A DNA stretch of 63,301 bases, filler included, from Reclinomonas americana ATCC 50394 (taxonomy: Eukaryota), in the NCBI GenBank assembly GCA_048213135.1. It is 6 parts of 2 records of this genome, joined end to end, with 100 filler letters (N's around TTAATTAATTAA, not from the genome) between each part and the next. Parts side by side here need not be neighbours in the genome. Positions count along the whole stretch, not along the records: positions 14,870 to 23,952 come from PS015018.1; positions 24,053 to 40,894 come from PS015018.1; 4 more parts are not named here. The stretch is one strand, 5' to 3'. Positions 16,097 to 29,517 of this stretch are shown here, in pieces. The first letter of the stretch is position 1. The number at the start of each line of letters is the position of its first letter. The translations under genes were made by a program, and so were the position numbers. Below the pieces are notes generated by a model, which saw only the letters and a list, made by a program, of their open reading frames with translations, was not told the origin of the DNA and did no database searches.

Positions 16097-19000
16097 TTAG
16101 CAGCAGTCGCTGGCCTGCTGTTGTGCAGGCGCACCACCACCGGCCGAGCCCGTCCGTGGTGGGTTCACCGCCAGCTTGGAGCGCCGCTTGTTGGCATTGG
16201 CACCCTGCTGCATCATGGTCAGCGAGCCGACCGCCGTAATCGTGCGCACCACCTCGACATGCTGGTGCTCTTCGCTGCTGCTGCTGCAGGCCGCCATGGG
16301 CACCGTCGACGCGGGTCTCTTGAAGCACAGCTGTCGCACCGGCCGCAGGTTCTCCGCATGCGTGCACTGGCGGTGACGAGAGCCAATGTGGTGATGATTG
16401 GCGGGAGCTGTAGCCGTGGCCGTAGTGGTAGCAGTCGTCATGGCGGAACCGGCCGCCGGACGAGACTTGCTGCGGGCGGGGCTGGCGTGTCGCGAGTTCG
16501 AGCGCGACACGGGAGTACGCGATCCGCCGCTGCGCGATCCGACAGCGCTCGACGGCCGTCCGCGCGTCGGGGTCGTGTTGGTCGAGTGCGAGTCGCGAGT
16601 CTTGTGACTGGAGGTCGACCGCTTGCCGGCCACGACCAGTCGCTTGCCGGCCACCGTGGCGCCGTCGGCAGTGGTGGCGGTGGTGTTCGTGGAGGCGGTG
16701 GCGGCGGCAGCGGCGGCGGGGGTGACGTTGGTGGTGCTGTTGTTGGCGGCCTTGGCGTGCTTCTTGGTGTTGGTGACGGTCTTGCCCAGCAGCACGGTCG
16801 GCGTGCAGTGAATGTCGACCTCGGTGCGTCGCAAGTCGAGCGGCGGCACGACTATCGACAGGTCCTTGAGGGCCCAGATAAAGTCGCCCTGCTCGCCTTC
16901 CTCTCGATCGCACTGGCGCTCCTCGAAGCTGCCGGTGCTGGAGGCGTCAAAGTCCAGATCCGCATCCGCCAGTCCTGGCGTCGGGGGCGCGCGCGAGTGG
17001 GCACTCAGCGCCTCGCTCCACTTGTCCATCAGCTGCTCGGCGTGCGACTGAATGTGCGACAGGAACCAGCCCGGCAGTGTCGACTCCTTTGGTGATGCAC
17101 CGCCCGAGGCAGCAGCCTTGTCAGTGGAGGCGGCGGCCTCCATCGCCGTCGCCATGACCGACGAACGCTCAATGCCGACCAGGTAGGCCTCCGCCGCATC
17201 GGCGCACATGACCTTGGTGACGGCCACCCGACGCGCCTCCGTCAGCATCTCCATGCGCTGTTGCAGAGCGGCGAGCTCCTCGTCAATGTCGCGGACGGCC
17301 GAGGTGGCCAGCTCGCGCTCGTGTCGCACACGATGGTGTGCACTGGCCACTTGCGTCAGCGGCGTGCCCGTCGACGCCTTCTTGGCCAGCAGCGCCTCAC
17401 GTGAAAACTGCTGATCCAGCGCAGCCCACTCGCGCCCGCGATAACCCTCAGCTCCGCGCGCCCACTCGGCAACCGTGCTCACACGGACGGCGGTGTCGTC
17501 GCCGTCACCGTGCTCGGTTTCGCCATTGATGGAGCGAATCGTGCGTGAGAACGCCAGACAGATCTGCAAGCGAGTCGCGCAAGTGAGCAAGGGAACACGC
17601 GTACGCGGGCGATCTGTTTCTTTTGTCTTTTTTCGTACCTCATCGAGCTGCGGCCGCGCCAGCTGCGCAATGCGAGTCGAAATGACCTTGCTCGGCAGCG
17701 CGTCGAGCTTCTCCTCAAACTCCACCAGCACTGCACCGAGGCTGCGCGCAATGGCCGACACGTTCGAGTCGTAGTCGCTGGCCGCGGCCAACGCCAGAGC
17801 CATTTGCGCATTGCGTGACACCAGACGCAGAGCGCCAGTCGAGCGTGCGCTGCGTGGCGTCTCAGTTGTCGAAGCGACAGGTGCCGTCGTGTTGTCGTTG
17901 ATCAGCGACGTGAGCAGCTGCTGGACANNNNNNNNNNNNNNNNNNNNCCGGTGATCAGAGGCGCGCAAGCAGCACGCTCACTCTCCGACTCTGCAGGCAG
18001 AGGAACGGGAAGAAAAGGTGAGTGATCGGCTGCAGAGGTGAGAGGAAAGAGTGGGTAAGGAAGGGCAACGCACCGGTGGCAGTCGTGCCAAAGTCGCCAC
18101 TAAAGATGGCATTCGGAATAATGGCGTCGCTGGTCATCATCACGTCAACATGGTACTGGTGCGCTGGCAGCAGGGACTGGATGGTGAAGGTGCCGGTGGT
18201 CGGCGCCACATCGGAGCGCTCAAACACCACAACGTCGGTGTGCGACGCTGACGAGACGCGCACAAGAAGGCGCGAGTCCGCTTGCGGGGTGATGGACGGT
18301 CGAGTGTACGGCAGGGCCCAGGTCTCCAGCTGCAAGGTTTGAAAAAAAACAAGAGTGTAAGCATCGAGGTTTGCAGCGGGCGGCAGAATGGGTGGGTGTG
18401 TGGAAGGTAGACATCCATCNNNNNNNNNNNNNNNNNNNNNNNNNNNNNNNNNNNNNNNNNNNNNNNNNNNNNNNNNNNNNNNNNNNNNNNNNNNNNNNNN
18501 NNNNNNNNNNNNNNNNNNNNNNNNNNNNNNNNNNNNNNNNNNNNNNNNNNNNNNNNNNNNNNNNNNNNNNNNNNNNNNNNNNNNNNNNNNNNNNNNNNNN
18601 NNNNNNNNNNNNNNNNNNNNNNNNNNNNNNNNNNNNNNNNNNNNNNNNNNNNNNNNNNNNNNNNNNNGACAAATAAAAAACGATACGAAAACTGTGGCAC
18701 ATGACACAGCGTGCCACCATTCTTCCGTGCGACCTGCGAATGGGGGGATGCATGACGTGAAGCAAACACTCCGCGCGCCACAAGTGGCGGGGATGCTGCC
18801 GAAAACAAAACAAACAAGCGACACGTGTTGTGTTGGTGCCACCAACCTTGGACAGCAGCTGGAAAACAGAAGGATCCCACTCCAGCACCGCCGTGAATGC
18901 GTCGATGCGCGCGAGCGAAACGCGGCACGCGGGAATGCCAGCGCTCTGGAATGCGGTCCACGGACCGTGAGCCCACGACAAGTGACCGCCGGCGGCCACC

Positions 19001-22000
19001 GGATCTGCCGACACCTCGGCCGAGCGCTGCAACGGAACGCAGGTCAGGAAAGGGAGCCACAAAAGTAGTGAGATAGTGGCTCGTGCGACTCACCGCCTCC
19101 AAGCGGAACTCGTGCACGCCCTCCTCCAGGGCCTCGACCACGCAGCCAAACTGGTCGTCGCCGAGCGGAATGACGGGGGCGCGGTGCGGGCCGAGAATGT
19201 CCACGTGTGCGTTGGGGCCGCGGCGGTGTGCCAGGCGCACGTCAATGTTACCGCGTGCGCCAGTGCCGGGCAACGCGTTGGAGCGCGACCATCTCAGCAA
19301 CACGCAGGCCAGCTTCTCCGTGCCACTCAGCACCCGCAGCTCGGGCGGCACAACCACCGCTGCCGCTGCCGTCGGTGGGGTCGATGCAGAAGCGTTTGCC
19401 GCCGCCGCCGCCGCCGACGACTCGCCGACCGTCAACGACGAGGACGAGGCGAGTGCGAGATCGGCGGTCAGAGAATACACGCGAACCGAGCGGTCGCGTG
19501 AGCCCGTGGCGATGACGTTGTTGACGACATCGACAGTGCACACGGCCGCCGTGTTGTTCATGGTGGTGTGCAAGCAGCTGCCGGCTGTGGAGGAAGGAAA
19601 GACGGGAGATGAGTCGAAACATTCCCAGAAGAAGACGAAGGGGTGCGCGCANNNNNNNNNNNNNNNNNNNNNNNNNNNNNNNNNNNNNNNNNNNNNNNNN
19701 NNNNNNNNNNNNNNNNNNNNNNNNNNNNNNNNNNNNNNNNNNNNNNNNNNNNNNNNNNNNNNNNNNNNNNNNNNNNNNNNNNNNNNNNNNNNNNNNNNNN
19801 NNNNNNNNNNNNNNNNNNNNNNNNNNNNNNNNNNNNNNNNNNNNNNNNNNNNNNNNNNNNNNNNNNNNNNNNNNNNNNNNNNNNNNNNNNNNNNNNNNNN
19901 NNNNNNNNNNNNNNNNNNNNNNNNNNNNNNNNNNNNNNNNNNNNNNNNNNNNNNNNNNNNNNNNNNNNNNNNNNNNNNNNNNNNNNNNNNNNNNNNNNNN
20001 NNNNNNNNNNNNNNNNNNNNNNNNNNNNNNNNNNNNNNNNNNNNNNNNNNNNNNNNNNNNNNNNNNNNNNNNNNNNNNNNNNNNNNNNNNNNNNNNNNNN
20101 NNNNNNNNNNNNNNNNNNNNNNNNNNNNNNNNNNNNNNNNNNNNNNNNNNNNNNNNNNNNNNNNNNNNNNNNNNNNNNNNNNNNNNNNNNNNNNNNNNNN
20201 NNNNNNNNNNNNNNNNNNNNNNNNNNNNNNNNNNNNNNNNNNNNNNNNNNNNNNNNNNNNNNNNNNNNNNNNNNNNNNNNNNNNNNNNNNNNNNNNNNNN
20301 NNNNNNNNNNNNNNNNNNNNNNNNNNNNNNNNNNNNNNNNNNNNNNNNNNNNNNNNNNNNNNNNNNNNNNNNNNNNNNNNNNNNNNNNNNNNNNNNNNNN
20401 NNNNNNNNNNNNNNNNNNNNNNNNNNNNNNNNNNNNNNNNNNNNNNNNNNNNNNNNNNNNNNNNNNNNNNNNNNNNNNNNNNNNNNNNNNNNNNNNNNNN
20501 NNNNNNNNNNNNNNNNNNNNNNNNNNNNNNNNNNNNNNNNNNNNNNNNNNNNNNNNNNNNNNNNNNNNNNNNNNNNNNNNNNNNNNNNNNNNNNNNNNNN
20601 NNNNNNNNNNGTCGTTTCGCGCCGAATAGCGTGGCACAAGACGGGACGCGTCGTTTACATTTCGTCGGGATCGACAGGCGAAGTTCACGTGTGGAAGGCC
20701 GCCGAGGGCAAACTGTCGAGCCGGTGGAAGGTCTCACCGCTCTCATCGTTGGCGACACCCGTCGACGTCTTGTCGGTCGATGTGTGCCCGCACGGTCGCG
20801 TTTTGGCAGCGTCGAGTGCCGACGGTGGCGTCAGCTTGTGGACGCTGGACGAGGCGAGCGGCGAGCCAGCCGGCGGTGCCGTCGACATGCTGGCACCCGG
20901 CTCGCATGCCCCGGTGCAGCAGCTGCGATTCTCGCCCGACGGGTCGCGTCTGTGCATGGCCACGGGCGATCGTATCGAGGTGTGGTGCGTCGTTCATCGC
21001 CGCCTGTTCCTCAGCATCGGAGGCCACGCTGGACGCGTGTTTGGCGTCGCATGGCGACCGGACGGGCGTGAGCTGGTCACTGCCTCGGCCGACAAGTCGC
21101 TGCGCTTGGTGGACGCCGAGTCGGGTGCCTGCCTGCGAGTGATGCACGGCCACACTAGGGGCGTGTGCAGCACCGCGTTCACCTCGTGCGGACGCTACGT
21201 TGTGTCGACCTCTCTCGATCGCACCACCAAGCTGTGGAGTGGACTCAGTTGCGTGNNNNNNNNNNNNNNNNNNNNNNNNNNNNNNNNNNNNNNNNNNNNN
21301 NNNNNNNNNNNNNNNNNNNNNNNNNNNNNNNNNNNNNNNNNNNNNNNNNNNNNNNNNNNNNNNNNNNNNNNNNNNNNNNNNNNNNNNNNNNNNNNNNNNN
21401 NNNNNNNNNNNNNNNNNNNNNNNNNNNNNNNNNNNNNNNNNNNNNNNNNNNNNNNNNNNNNNNNNNNNNNNNNNNNNNNNNNNNNNNNNNNNNNNNNNNN
21501 NNNNNNNNNNNNNNNNNNNNNNNNNNNNNNNNNNNNNNNNNNNNNNNNNNNNNNNNNNNNNNNNNNNNNNNNNNNNNNNNNNNNNNNNNNNNNNNNNNNN
21601 NNNNNNNNNNNNNNNNNNNNNNNNNNNNNNNNNNNNNNNNNNNNNNNNNNNNNNNNNNNNNNNNNNNNNNNNNNNNNNNNNNNNNNNNNNNNNNNNNNNN
21701 NNNNNNNNNNNNNNNNNNNNNNNNNNNNNNNNNNNNNNNNNNNNNNNNNNNNNNNNNNNNNNNNNNNNNNNNNNNNNNNNNNNNNNNNNNNNNNNNNNNN
21801 NNNNNNNNNNNNNNNNNNNNNNNNNNNNNNNNNNNNNNNNNNNNNNNNNNNNNNNNNNNNNNNNNNNNNNNNNNNNNNNNNNNNNNNNNNNNNNNNNNNN
21901 NNNNNNNNNNNNNNNNNNNNNNNNNNNNNNNNNNNNNNNNNNNNNNNNNNNNNNNNNNNNNNNNNNNNNNNNNNNNNNNNNNNNNNNNNNNNNNNNNNNN

Positions 22001-22340
22001 NGTGTGTGTGAGCGGCAGATAAGAGAGACGCAGAGGGAGGGTGGGAGAGGAGGCACTCACCGACAGAGAGCTCTGCACGTTGTGCCGCCGCCGAGGACAT
22101 GATCATACTCGGGGTCGGCAACACAATGCTTGCCTCGCTGCTGGCGCCACTGACTGGCATCACCAAGGCAGTGCCGTCGGTGAGCGCCACAGCCACGAGT
22201 GTGGCATCGGGTGAGAGGCGTACTGCGGACACTGGAACACCGCCAGTGCTGGAGTTGGAAGATGATGATGATGATGTGTCGTGATGGGACGAGGTGCGCG
22301 CGACCGCCGCCACCGTCGACAGGACTGCGATGGCCTCCAT
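16097..22340 (-). CDS. Probable WD40 + FN3-like + coiled-coil/low-complexity protein, fragmented by gaps
   Basis: Minus-strand pieces: 22340 start (VSAVRLSPDATLVAVALTDG), about 19560 (IATGSRDRSVRVYSL), about 18200 (FTIQSLLPAHQYHVDV, FN3-like), 16097-17927 coiled-coil and S/T-rich tail. Joining them into one gene is inferred. Confidence 0.5.
20611..21255 (+). CDS. WD40 repeat fragment (probably a flipped contig of the surrounding minus-strand gene)
   Basis: GHAGRVFGVAWRPDGRELVTASADKSLRL, GHTRGVCSTAFTSCGRYVVSTSLDRTTKLW; gap-bounded on both sides. Confidence 0.8.
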
Positions 22341-24251
22341 GTGTAGGGTGTGTGTGTGTAGGGTGTAGGGTGTAGGTGTAGGTGTGGGTGTAGGGTGTGT
22401 GTGCAAGTGTCCAATCTACGAAGTCTCCCACAAAACCACTAAAACACTGTGCTGGCCCACCTCATTTTGGTATGGTCAAGTCCGACCCTCGACAGCATCA
22501 ATTGCACCTCGTCGATGGTCAAACCAACGGGCAATGGAGTTGTGTGCTGTGTGGCTGGCGGGGTGGCGACGTGCACCTGTGGCAGCGGCTGTGTGCGGAG
22601 ATCGATCGCATACATGACAACAGGAGAGATACCAGTTGTTGTTCGACTTTTTGGTCGCCCTGTGCGTTGTAGGTGTTGATCATGGAAAGAGAGAGAATGC
22701 TGCAGCTGAACCTCGCTTGAGTGAAGGTGGCCATGCAAAAGCAGAGTGGCAAAGGCAATCAACATCGGACTGCTCATTTTCGTACCGTGAGGTGGCCATA
22801 GTACATTCACGAAGCTGCAGCTGTATCGCGCGAGGGCGATGCAAGTTTTATTAGCGAACCCAACGTTGGCACCTTGGTCCGTCTCATCTTGCTCGAGCTG
22901 TGAAAGTACTCTCGCGAAGATCGCTTCGTGGTTTTGTAAGATGCTGCGGTATTTCGGAAAACGAATTATTTTCAATTGCGACTTGCTTGCAGGCAGCACG
23001 TCCTTGTTTGTGGACCACAGTCGGAGTGGGGGTGAGGAAGCATCTCCCTACCGGCTCACCTGGCCACGGAAGCTTGTTTACGGCCTCACGATCGCCGAAG
23101 TCTGCAAAGCTGTCGGCAATATTGCGCCTGAGACTTGCAATAGGTCGCCAGTGCGAATTCCACATGTGAGGCGGCCTCACACTAGTCTTTAGCTTCGACC
23201 TGCTGCCATGGCCAGCGTGGCACTCTCAGCTCTGCGGATGGGATATGCCGGCGGAAATGTACGCATTTGGAAAACCGCAAGTGCTTGAGTTGCACTCAGC
23301 ATCCCTCCTGGCACCCTCAGTGCCCCACGCAACACATCTCTCTAACCAGGGGCGCGCGCCACTCTGCAGTCGTGTTTTCGGACCTCGACATTGAAATCAC
23401 TCGACACTGACCCACAAATGAATATTCGTCGCGGACTTTCGGCTCTCCCTCTCCCTCCATGTCGCCTCGCGCCACCGCTGTCACGCTTCTCGCGTCACTA
23501 CTCTTGCTGGTGCTGTGCGTCGGCTCGGCCCAAGCAGCCAGCAAAGAAGCATGGTCAGTCTAACTTTCTTCTCCTGACACTNNNNNNNNNNNNNNNNNNN
23601 NNNNNNNNNNNNNNNNNNNNNNNNNNNNNNNNNNNNNNNNNNNNNNNNNNNNNNNNNNNNNNNNNNNNCCCTGACGAATGCAAATGCACGCAAATGAATG
23701 AATGAATCTCCGCGTCTCCGCACATGCACACACACTCGCACTCACCCGGAAAGTGCCACCGCAGTACTGTGAGAGGTCGTTGCAGTTGCCAGAGGGACCC
23801 CCGAAACCTGTGTGTACGCGATGAGAGTCATGATGCACTGTCTTCTTCTCATTCTCCGCATCACATTGTGCACGCACGATCCGTCAACAGCTGGTAGATG
23901 ACACGCGACTTCCTGCATGTGGGCGAGAACACGGCGAGTGTGAGAGAGTGTGNNNNNNNNNNNNNNNNNNNNNNNNNNNNNNNNNNNNNNNNNNNNTTAA
24001 TTAATTAANNNNNNNNNNNNNNNNNNNNNNNNNNNNNNNNNNNNNNNNNNNNCTCTCTCTCTCTCTCTCTCTCTGTCACACACCTTGTTGCTCACTGGAC
24101 TTGTGTCTTTTCCGCGGCGGCGACCCACTCGCTCGCCTCACCTCTCCCTCCTCCTCTGCCTCTCCATCCTCCCGCTCCACCTCTGCATGCCCTCTCTTCT
24201 CTTCGCGCATGGTATGTGTGTGTGTGCGTGTGACAAAAAACAAGACAGTCG

Positions 24252-24623
24252 ATGCTCGCTGACGCACAAAGCGCGGGAAAACGTCGTCAACGATGCCTGG
24301 GTGCGTTCTCCTCTCTCTCTCTCGCCTCTCTCTGTGAGTGTGTGTCTGTCTCACCTAGGCGCGCGCACAGGTCATCGACTACAGACGATCAGACCTCTGA
24401 CTTGGTCAGTGCAGATTCACACACACACTCTCGCGCGCGCACACAACTCACTTCTCTTTCTCTCTCTCTGACAGGGGAGTGAGAGTGGTCGCGAGGTGTT
24501 GAATGTGCTCTCGGAGATCGATGGACAGCGATTCAAGTTGCTCATGCGCGGCAGTGTCGCCAACTTGCGCGTCTCCAAGATCAAGCGTTACTTGCATCGA
24601 TTCTCTGGGGTGCCACCAGAAGG

Positions 24624-24654
<31 letters not shown>

Positions 24655-26583
24655 TCACTCTCTTGTGTCGTTGCTCATCCCGCTCTCTCACACACACACA
24701 CGCGCGCGCAGAGCAAATCCTCAAGTTTCTCGGCGACGAACTCATTGGCGATCGGCATGCGTTCGAGTATGGCATCTCCAATGGAGCCACGTGCACCATG
24801 GCGCGTAAGCAGCTGCTCTCTGTGCTGCCGACGTCGCCGACCACTGCTGCAGTCGCGCAGCGACAGCAGCTGTATCAGTCGCAGCAGCCGTACTTGTCGT
24901 CGTCGTCGGTGTATATGTCGTCGCCGGGGAACAGTCGACCGTCGTCGCCGATGTCGAACGCATCGCGCATGTCGGCCTCGTCGGTGTCGCTCGCCGATGG
25001 CCTGCTGAGCCGTTGCGCTCTATTGTTGCTCGTGTTTATCAATCGCCGCTGCCCGCTCACTGTGTGTGGAATTCCACAGGTTCTGGTGGTTCGTCGCGAG
25101 TGGCGTACAGCTCGCCGCGGAAACTGCGGCCACCGTCAACGACTCGCTCCTCGTCGCGTCTCATTTCGTCGGGAGGAGGAGGAGGTGGTGGTGGATCGGC
25201 GCCGTCGTCACCGCAGCGGCAAGCGCCACAGTCGCGACGACAGGCGGCTACACCACAGCCGAGTTCTAGTTTTGCATCGTCGGCGCCCGTGTTCAGCACG
25301 CCCACTCCTGCTACGGTCACGTTCTCCGCGCCGACTGCACTGGAGCAGAGTCTAGCGCGTGTGCAGCAGCAACGGCAGCAGCAGCGAATGGCGGCGTCAC
25401 CACCCCCAGCTCCTGTCGATCACGCTCCCGCTGTTGTTTCACAGGTGAACACACGAAGGCCGTCACCGCCACCGCTGCCGCCGCCACCACCATCGCTATC
25501 AATGATGAATGCGTACGATCGGCACAGCGGACTGCATTCGCCGCCGGTGGCTCTCGAGTCGATTCGGCCACACATGACGGTCGAGCCGCCGACTGACGAC
25601 AGCGTCACCGAGCACGAGACAAGCCTGACTCACTCCGCTATACCGCCACCTATTGGTTGCGTCGCAGCACGAGAGAATGTGCTTCCGCTCTCGTTTGGCT
25701 GAAAGAAAGTGTGTTGTTCAGTGAGTGTCGATCTGACTCGCACCTCGTCAACTACACCCACTCGCGGTGGAAAATCCGCCCCGTCCGCCACGAGACAGCG
25801 TGCATCGTCCCCACCGCAGCAGCAGGCATCGTCCGCCAATGGCACACGTGCGCGAAATGGAACCACAGCCGCCACCGACGCGAAGAAGACGAGTCTCTCA
25901 CCCCCGCGTCGAGTTGCGTCCGCTCACCGATGTATGTGTGTCTCTCTCGCACACTGATCACTCACTCACGCAACGCGACCGCGACAGGCTGCACCTGCAG
26001 GACCGTCGGCGACACCGGTGGAATCGGCACAGCGTTCCAATCAAGGTGCCTACCGCAACGCCGTCACCAATCTCATGGAGCTCGGCAAGGATCTGGACGG
26101 TCGTCAGCTTGCCTTGTTGCGTGCACAGTTTTTTTGTTGACAGTTGGTATCTTTCTCTCTCACGCACACGCTCTCACTCTCAGCGACGAGAATTACACAT
26201 GCGTAATTGCCATCGAGTCACGCGACAGCGAATCACCAGAGCCGACCAACGTGCTGGTGACGTACGACCCGGAGACCTTCCGGTTGCATGTCTACAGCAC
26301 GCTCCTCACGTCGCTGCCGACGGATCCCGCTCATCGACTGGCGCTGTTTGAGCGTGTTCTCAGCGGTTCCATCCTCGGTCGCGACATGTGTGGCGGCGGT
26401 GCCGGCATCTCGTCCAAGAACAACCTCCTCCTGATGCACACCACTGTCGACATGCGGACCAGTAACCCGTCGGCACTGCGTGTGTTGATGCCTGACTTCT
26501 TGCGGTCGCTGCACGACTGGAGGGCTATCGTGCAAGGCGTGATGGAGACCGGGCACGGTGGTGCGACAGCGGCTGCTGTTTGA
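24252..26583 (+). CDS. Ubiquitin-like domain + S/P-rich linker + CesT/YbjN (type III chaperone-like) domain protein, multi-exon; start uncertain
   Basis: Spliced LRVSKIKRYLHRFSGVPPEEQILKFLG...YGISNGATCTM (Ubl-like). C-terminal LAFDENYTCVIAI...LHVYSTLL...LFERVLSGSILG...GGAGIS...FLRSLHDWR resembles CesT-family chaperones. Confidence 0.65.
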
Positions 26584-27395
26584 CAACGGATACCCCGTAT
26601 CGATGATGTGTGTACATTTGTTCTTTCTTCTTTTCATGTGTTTGTTGCCCAGTCCGTTGTCGTTTAGTTGCGTGCATGCCTGGTGATGGGAACATAATGA
26701 ATTCGTCTCCAGGTCACGTGTGCCACGTGCGCCACCCGCAGCGTGTTTTGGTGGTCGATATCGCCGCCGACACTTTCGTGTCCGTTTTTTCGCGCGGAGT
26801 CAAGGAGTTGCTGGTAAAATCGAAGGTGAGTGAATCTTTGACGACTGTCATGAGTGTTGCAAAACTGTCCATGTTCGCGTGTCTGTGCGTGTGACTGATG
26901 TGCACATGAGGAGTGGTATGCTCGATAGCAAAACCACAATGCTGCACGAGCTCGCGCGCGCGCTCGAGGATCCGGAATGCCGCTGCGTGAGGCCATACCG
27001 CGGTAAATATGCGCGCTGCGACATGTGGTGTTGTGCCATGCGCAACACACACTGGGAGTCAGTGCCGGTGACAACGTCGAGGAAAGTGCACCAAAGGACC
27101 CCACTTGAAGTCGTATCGCACACCAATCAAGTCCGCCGGTTGGGCAGAAGGCAGTGAAAATTGTGTGCTCTTCGCGCAGCACACGCACACACACGCACAC
27201 ACACACACACACCATGGCACATCAGCATCCTCAGTCTCCCTCTCTACAAGCGGTTCGTAGCAGCGAAACACAACCTCGCACCACACACGCGCGCAGAGTG
27301 ACACACAGTTGCTGCCGTTTCTTCGCGCCCATACGTCTACAAATGTGCGTTTCACACAGAGTTACCCCTCTGCGGCGGCGACCTCTGCCGCCATT

Positions 27396-27733
27396 ATGCT
27401 GAGCATGGTTGCCAACGATCGACGACGTGAGTACCTCAAGTTCTCCAGCGACGCCAAGGCGCGTCTCAGAGCCGAGTTTGATTCCAATCCAGTGCGTCAC
27501 CAGACAACACACACACTCACGCACACAGTGTGGCACTTAGACACTCGTGTGCCACTCGCATGAACACGCGAACAAAACAGTGGGAGATCTGTAAGTGAGG
27601 AAGATACTTGAGAGACGAGCGGGGAAAGTCAGTCAAGTATGTGCGACAACATTCGCACCCCAATTCTTGCCCATACTTCTCCTCATTTGTACTTTTGGTG
27701 TCACTGACACTCACGTTGCACATTTCACGCTCG

Positions 27734-27765
<32 letters not shown>

Positions 27766-29092
27766 GTCTTCCTCTCCATGTCTTCATTCGCGAACTGTGA
27801 CTTCCAGTCCCTTGTCTGTTTCTTTGTTGTCGAGCTTGTACTCAGTACCCACCACTCGCTCAGTACCCGGATCAACGGAGAAAGCAAGTACTGGCTGCCG
27901 AGTTGCAGCGCTCCGCTCGCTCAATCAACAGTACGTGGAGCCACTTGCTGTGTGTGTGTTTTTTTATTGGTTGCACATTTTTCACCATTCACTCAGTTTG
28001 GTTCGAGAACGAGCGCAAGAAACGAAGACGGACTGGCCAGTGGAGTGGCGCGCGGCCGCAGCCGACCATCAGCGTCGGTGCGCCACATCTCAGCGCTGCC
28101 AACATGTTCCCGTTGCCGCCGGCACCACCGCCACCGCAGCACCAGTTGATGCAGCCGCCGCCGTCGTCGGCGATAAAACCGCTCGCCATGTTGCCAACGT
28201 CGTCGTACGCACAGTTTCTCGGCGGCGCCACAAGTGGCATGATGCAGCAACAGCAGCAGCAACTGCTTGGAGGAGGCTTCGGCGACCTGCAGCAGCCGTT
28301 CAACCCGGGAACCCTGCCTTTCATCGGCGCCGGCACCATCGGCACCAGTGGTGGCGTGTTGGCCATGGGACAGATGACGCGCGGATTCAGTCCGATGCTA
28401 CCGACAGCGCGAGGTGCCGCGGGCTTCTCTCTGCCGCCACCCAACATAATGCCATCACCAGCAATGACCGGACCCATGGTCCCCTGCGTGGGACACTCAC
28501 CAGCACTGCAGCCGTTCATGAGCATGGGCAACGCAGTGGCGGCCGGCCCATTTGAACCCGGCATTATGCAACGACAGGCGTCGTCGAAATCTGCTGCCGC
28601 ACTGCGCCCCAAGGGCCTCCACTCTGCCTCGCCGTCGTCAGTTTCATCGGCAGCTTCCTCGTCATCGCCCTCTGCCTCCTCGCCTACGGCCTCATCGCCC
28701 ACCGCGTCGCCGTTCCCCATGGCAAGCGAGGCAGCCGCGACGACGGCAACAGCAGTCTCGCTCCCGACCCCCGTAGAAGTCGAGATATCGACACTGGTAA
28801 GACGATAATGTGTGTGTGTGTGTGGGGGGGGGGGGGGTGGCGGGCATCTGCTTGCCGTGTTCTTGCAGCTAACTTTGGCGAGCACACACCCCCGCAGTCG
28901 CGGATGAAGTTGGCCGGAAGCGAGTCGCTGCCGCCGCAACTGGTTCGGCAACAAGCATCCTACCCGCCCCGTTTTCCGCTTGCGCTCACTCGCTGCCTTT
29001 GGGTACACAGGGAACCAATGCATTCTCGCCTTCAAAGACGAGCACCACTGCCGAATCGCCCGTTGCTCTGCCGAGTTTCTACGATCCACAGG
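27396..29092 (+). CDS. Homeodomain transcription factor (3' end lost in gap)
   Basis: Spliced RRREYLKFSSDAKARLRAEFDSNP|YPDQRRKQVLAAELQRSARSIN|IWFENERKKRRR, followed by a Q/P/S-rich region. Confidence 0.9.
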
Positions 29093-29141
29093 TACGGACG
29101 CTGTGGCGACCGCCCGCGTGCATGGCGAGGCACATGCTGAC

Positions 29142-29188
<47 letters not shown>

Positions 29189-29517
29189 CAGACGNNNNNN
29201 NNNNNNNNNNNNNNNNNNNNNNNNNNNNNNNNNNNNNNNNNNNNNNNNNNNNNNNNNNNNNNNNNNNNNNNNNNNNNNNNNNNNNNNNNNNNNNNNNNNN
29301 NNNNNNNNNNNNNNNNNNNNNNNNNNNNNNNNNNNNNNNNNNNNNNNNNNNNNNNNNNNNNNNNNNNNNNNNNNNNNNNNNNNNNNNNNNNNNNNNNNNN
29401 NNNNNNNNNNNNNNNNNNNNNNNNNNNNNNNNNNNNNNNNNNNNNNNNNNNNNNNNNNNNNNNNNNNNNNNNNNNNNNNNNNNNNNNNNNNNNNNNNNNN
29501 NNNNNNNNNNNNNNNNN

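Noticed and set aside
20611-21255. Plus-strand WD40 nested within a minus-strand WD40 gene as a biological inversion
   Set aside because: Gap-bounded contig; mis-orientation during scaffolding is simpler.
22439-23200. Minus-strand 186-aa ORF as a transposon or gene
   Set aside because: No recognisable motif or consistent exon structure.
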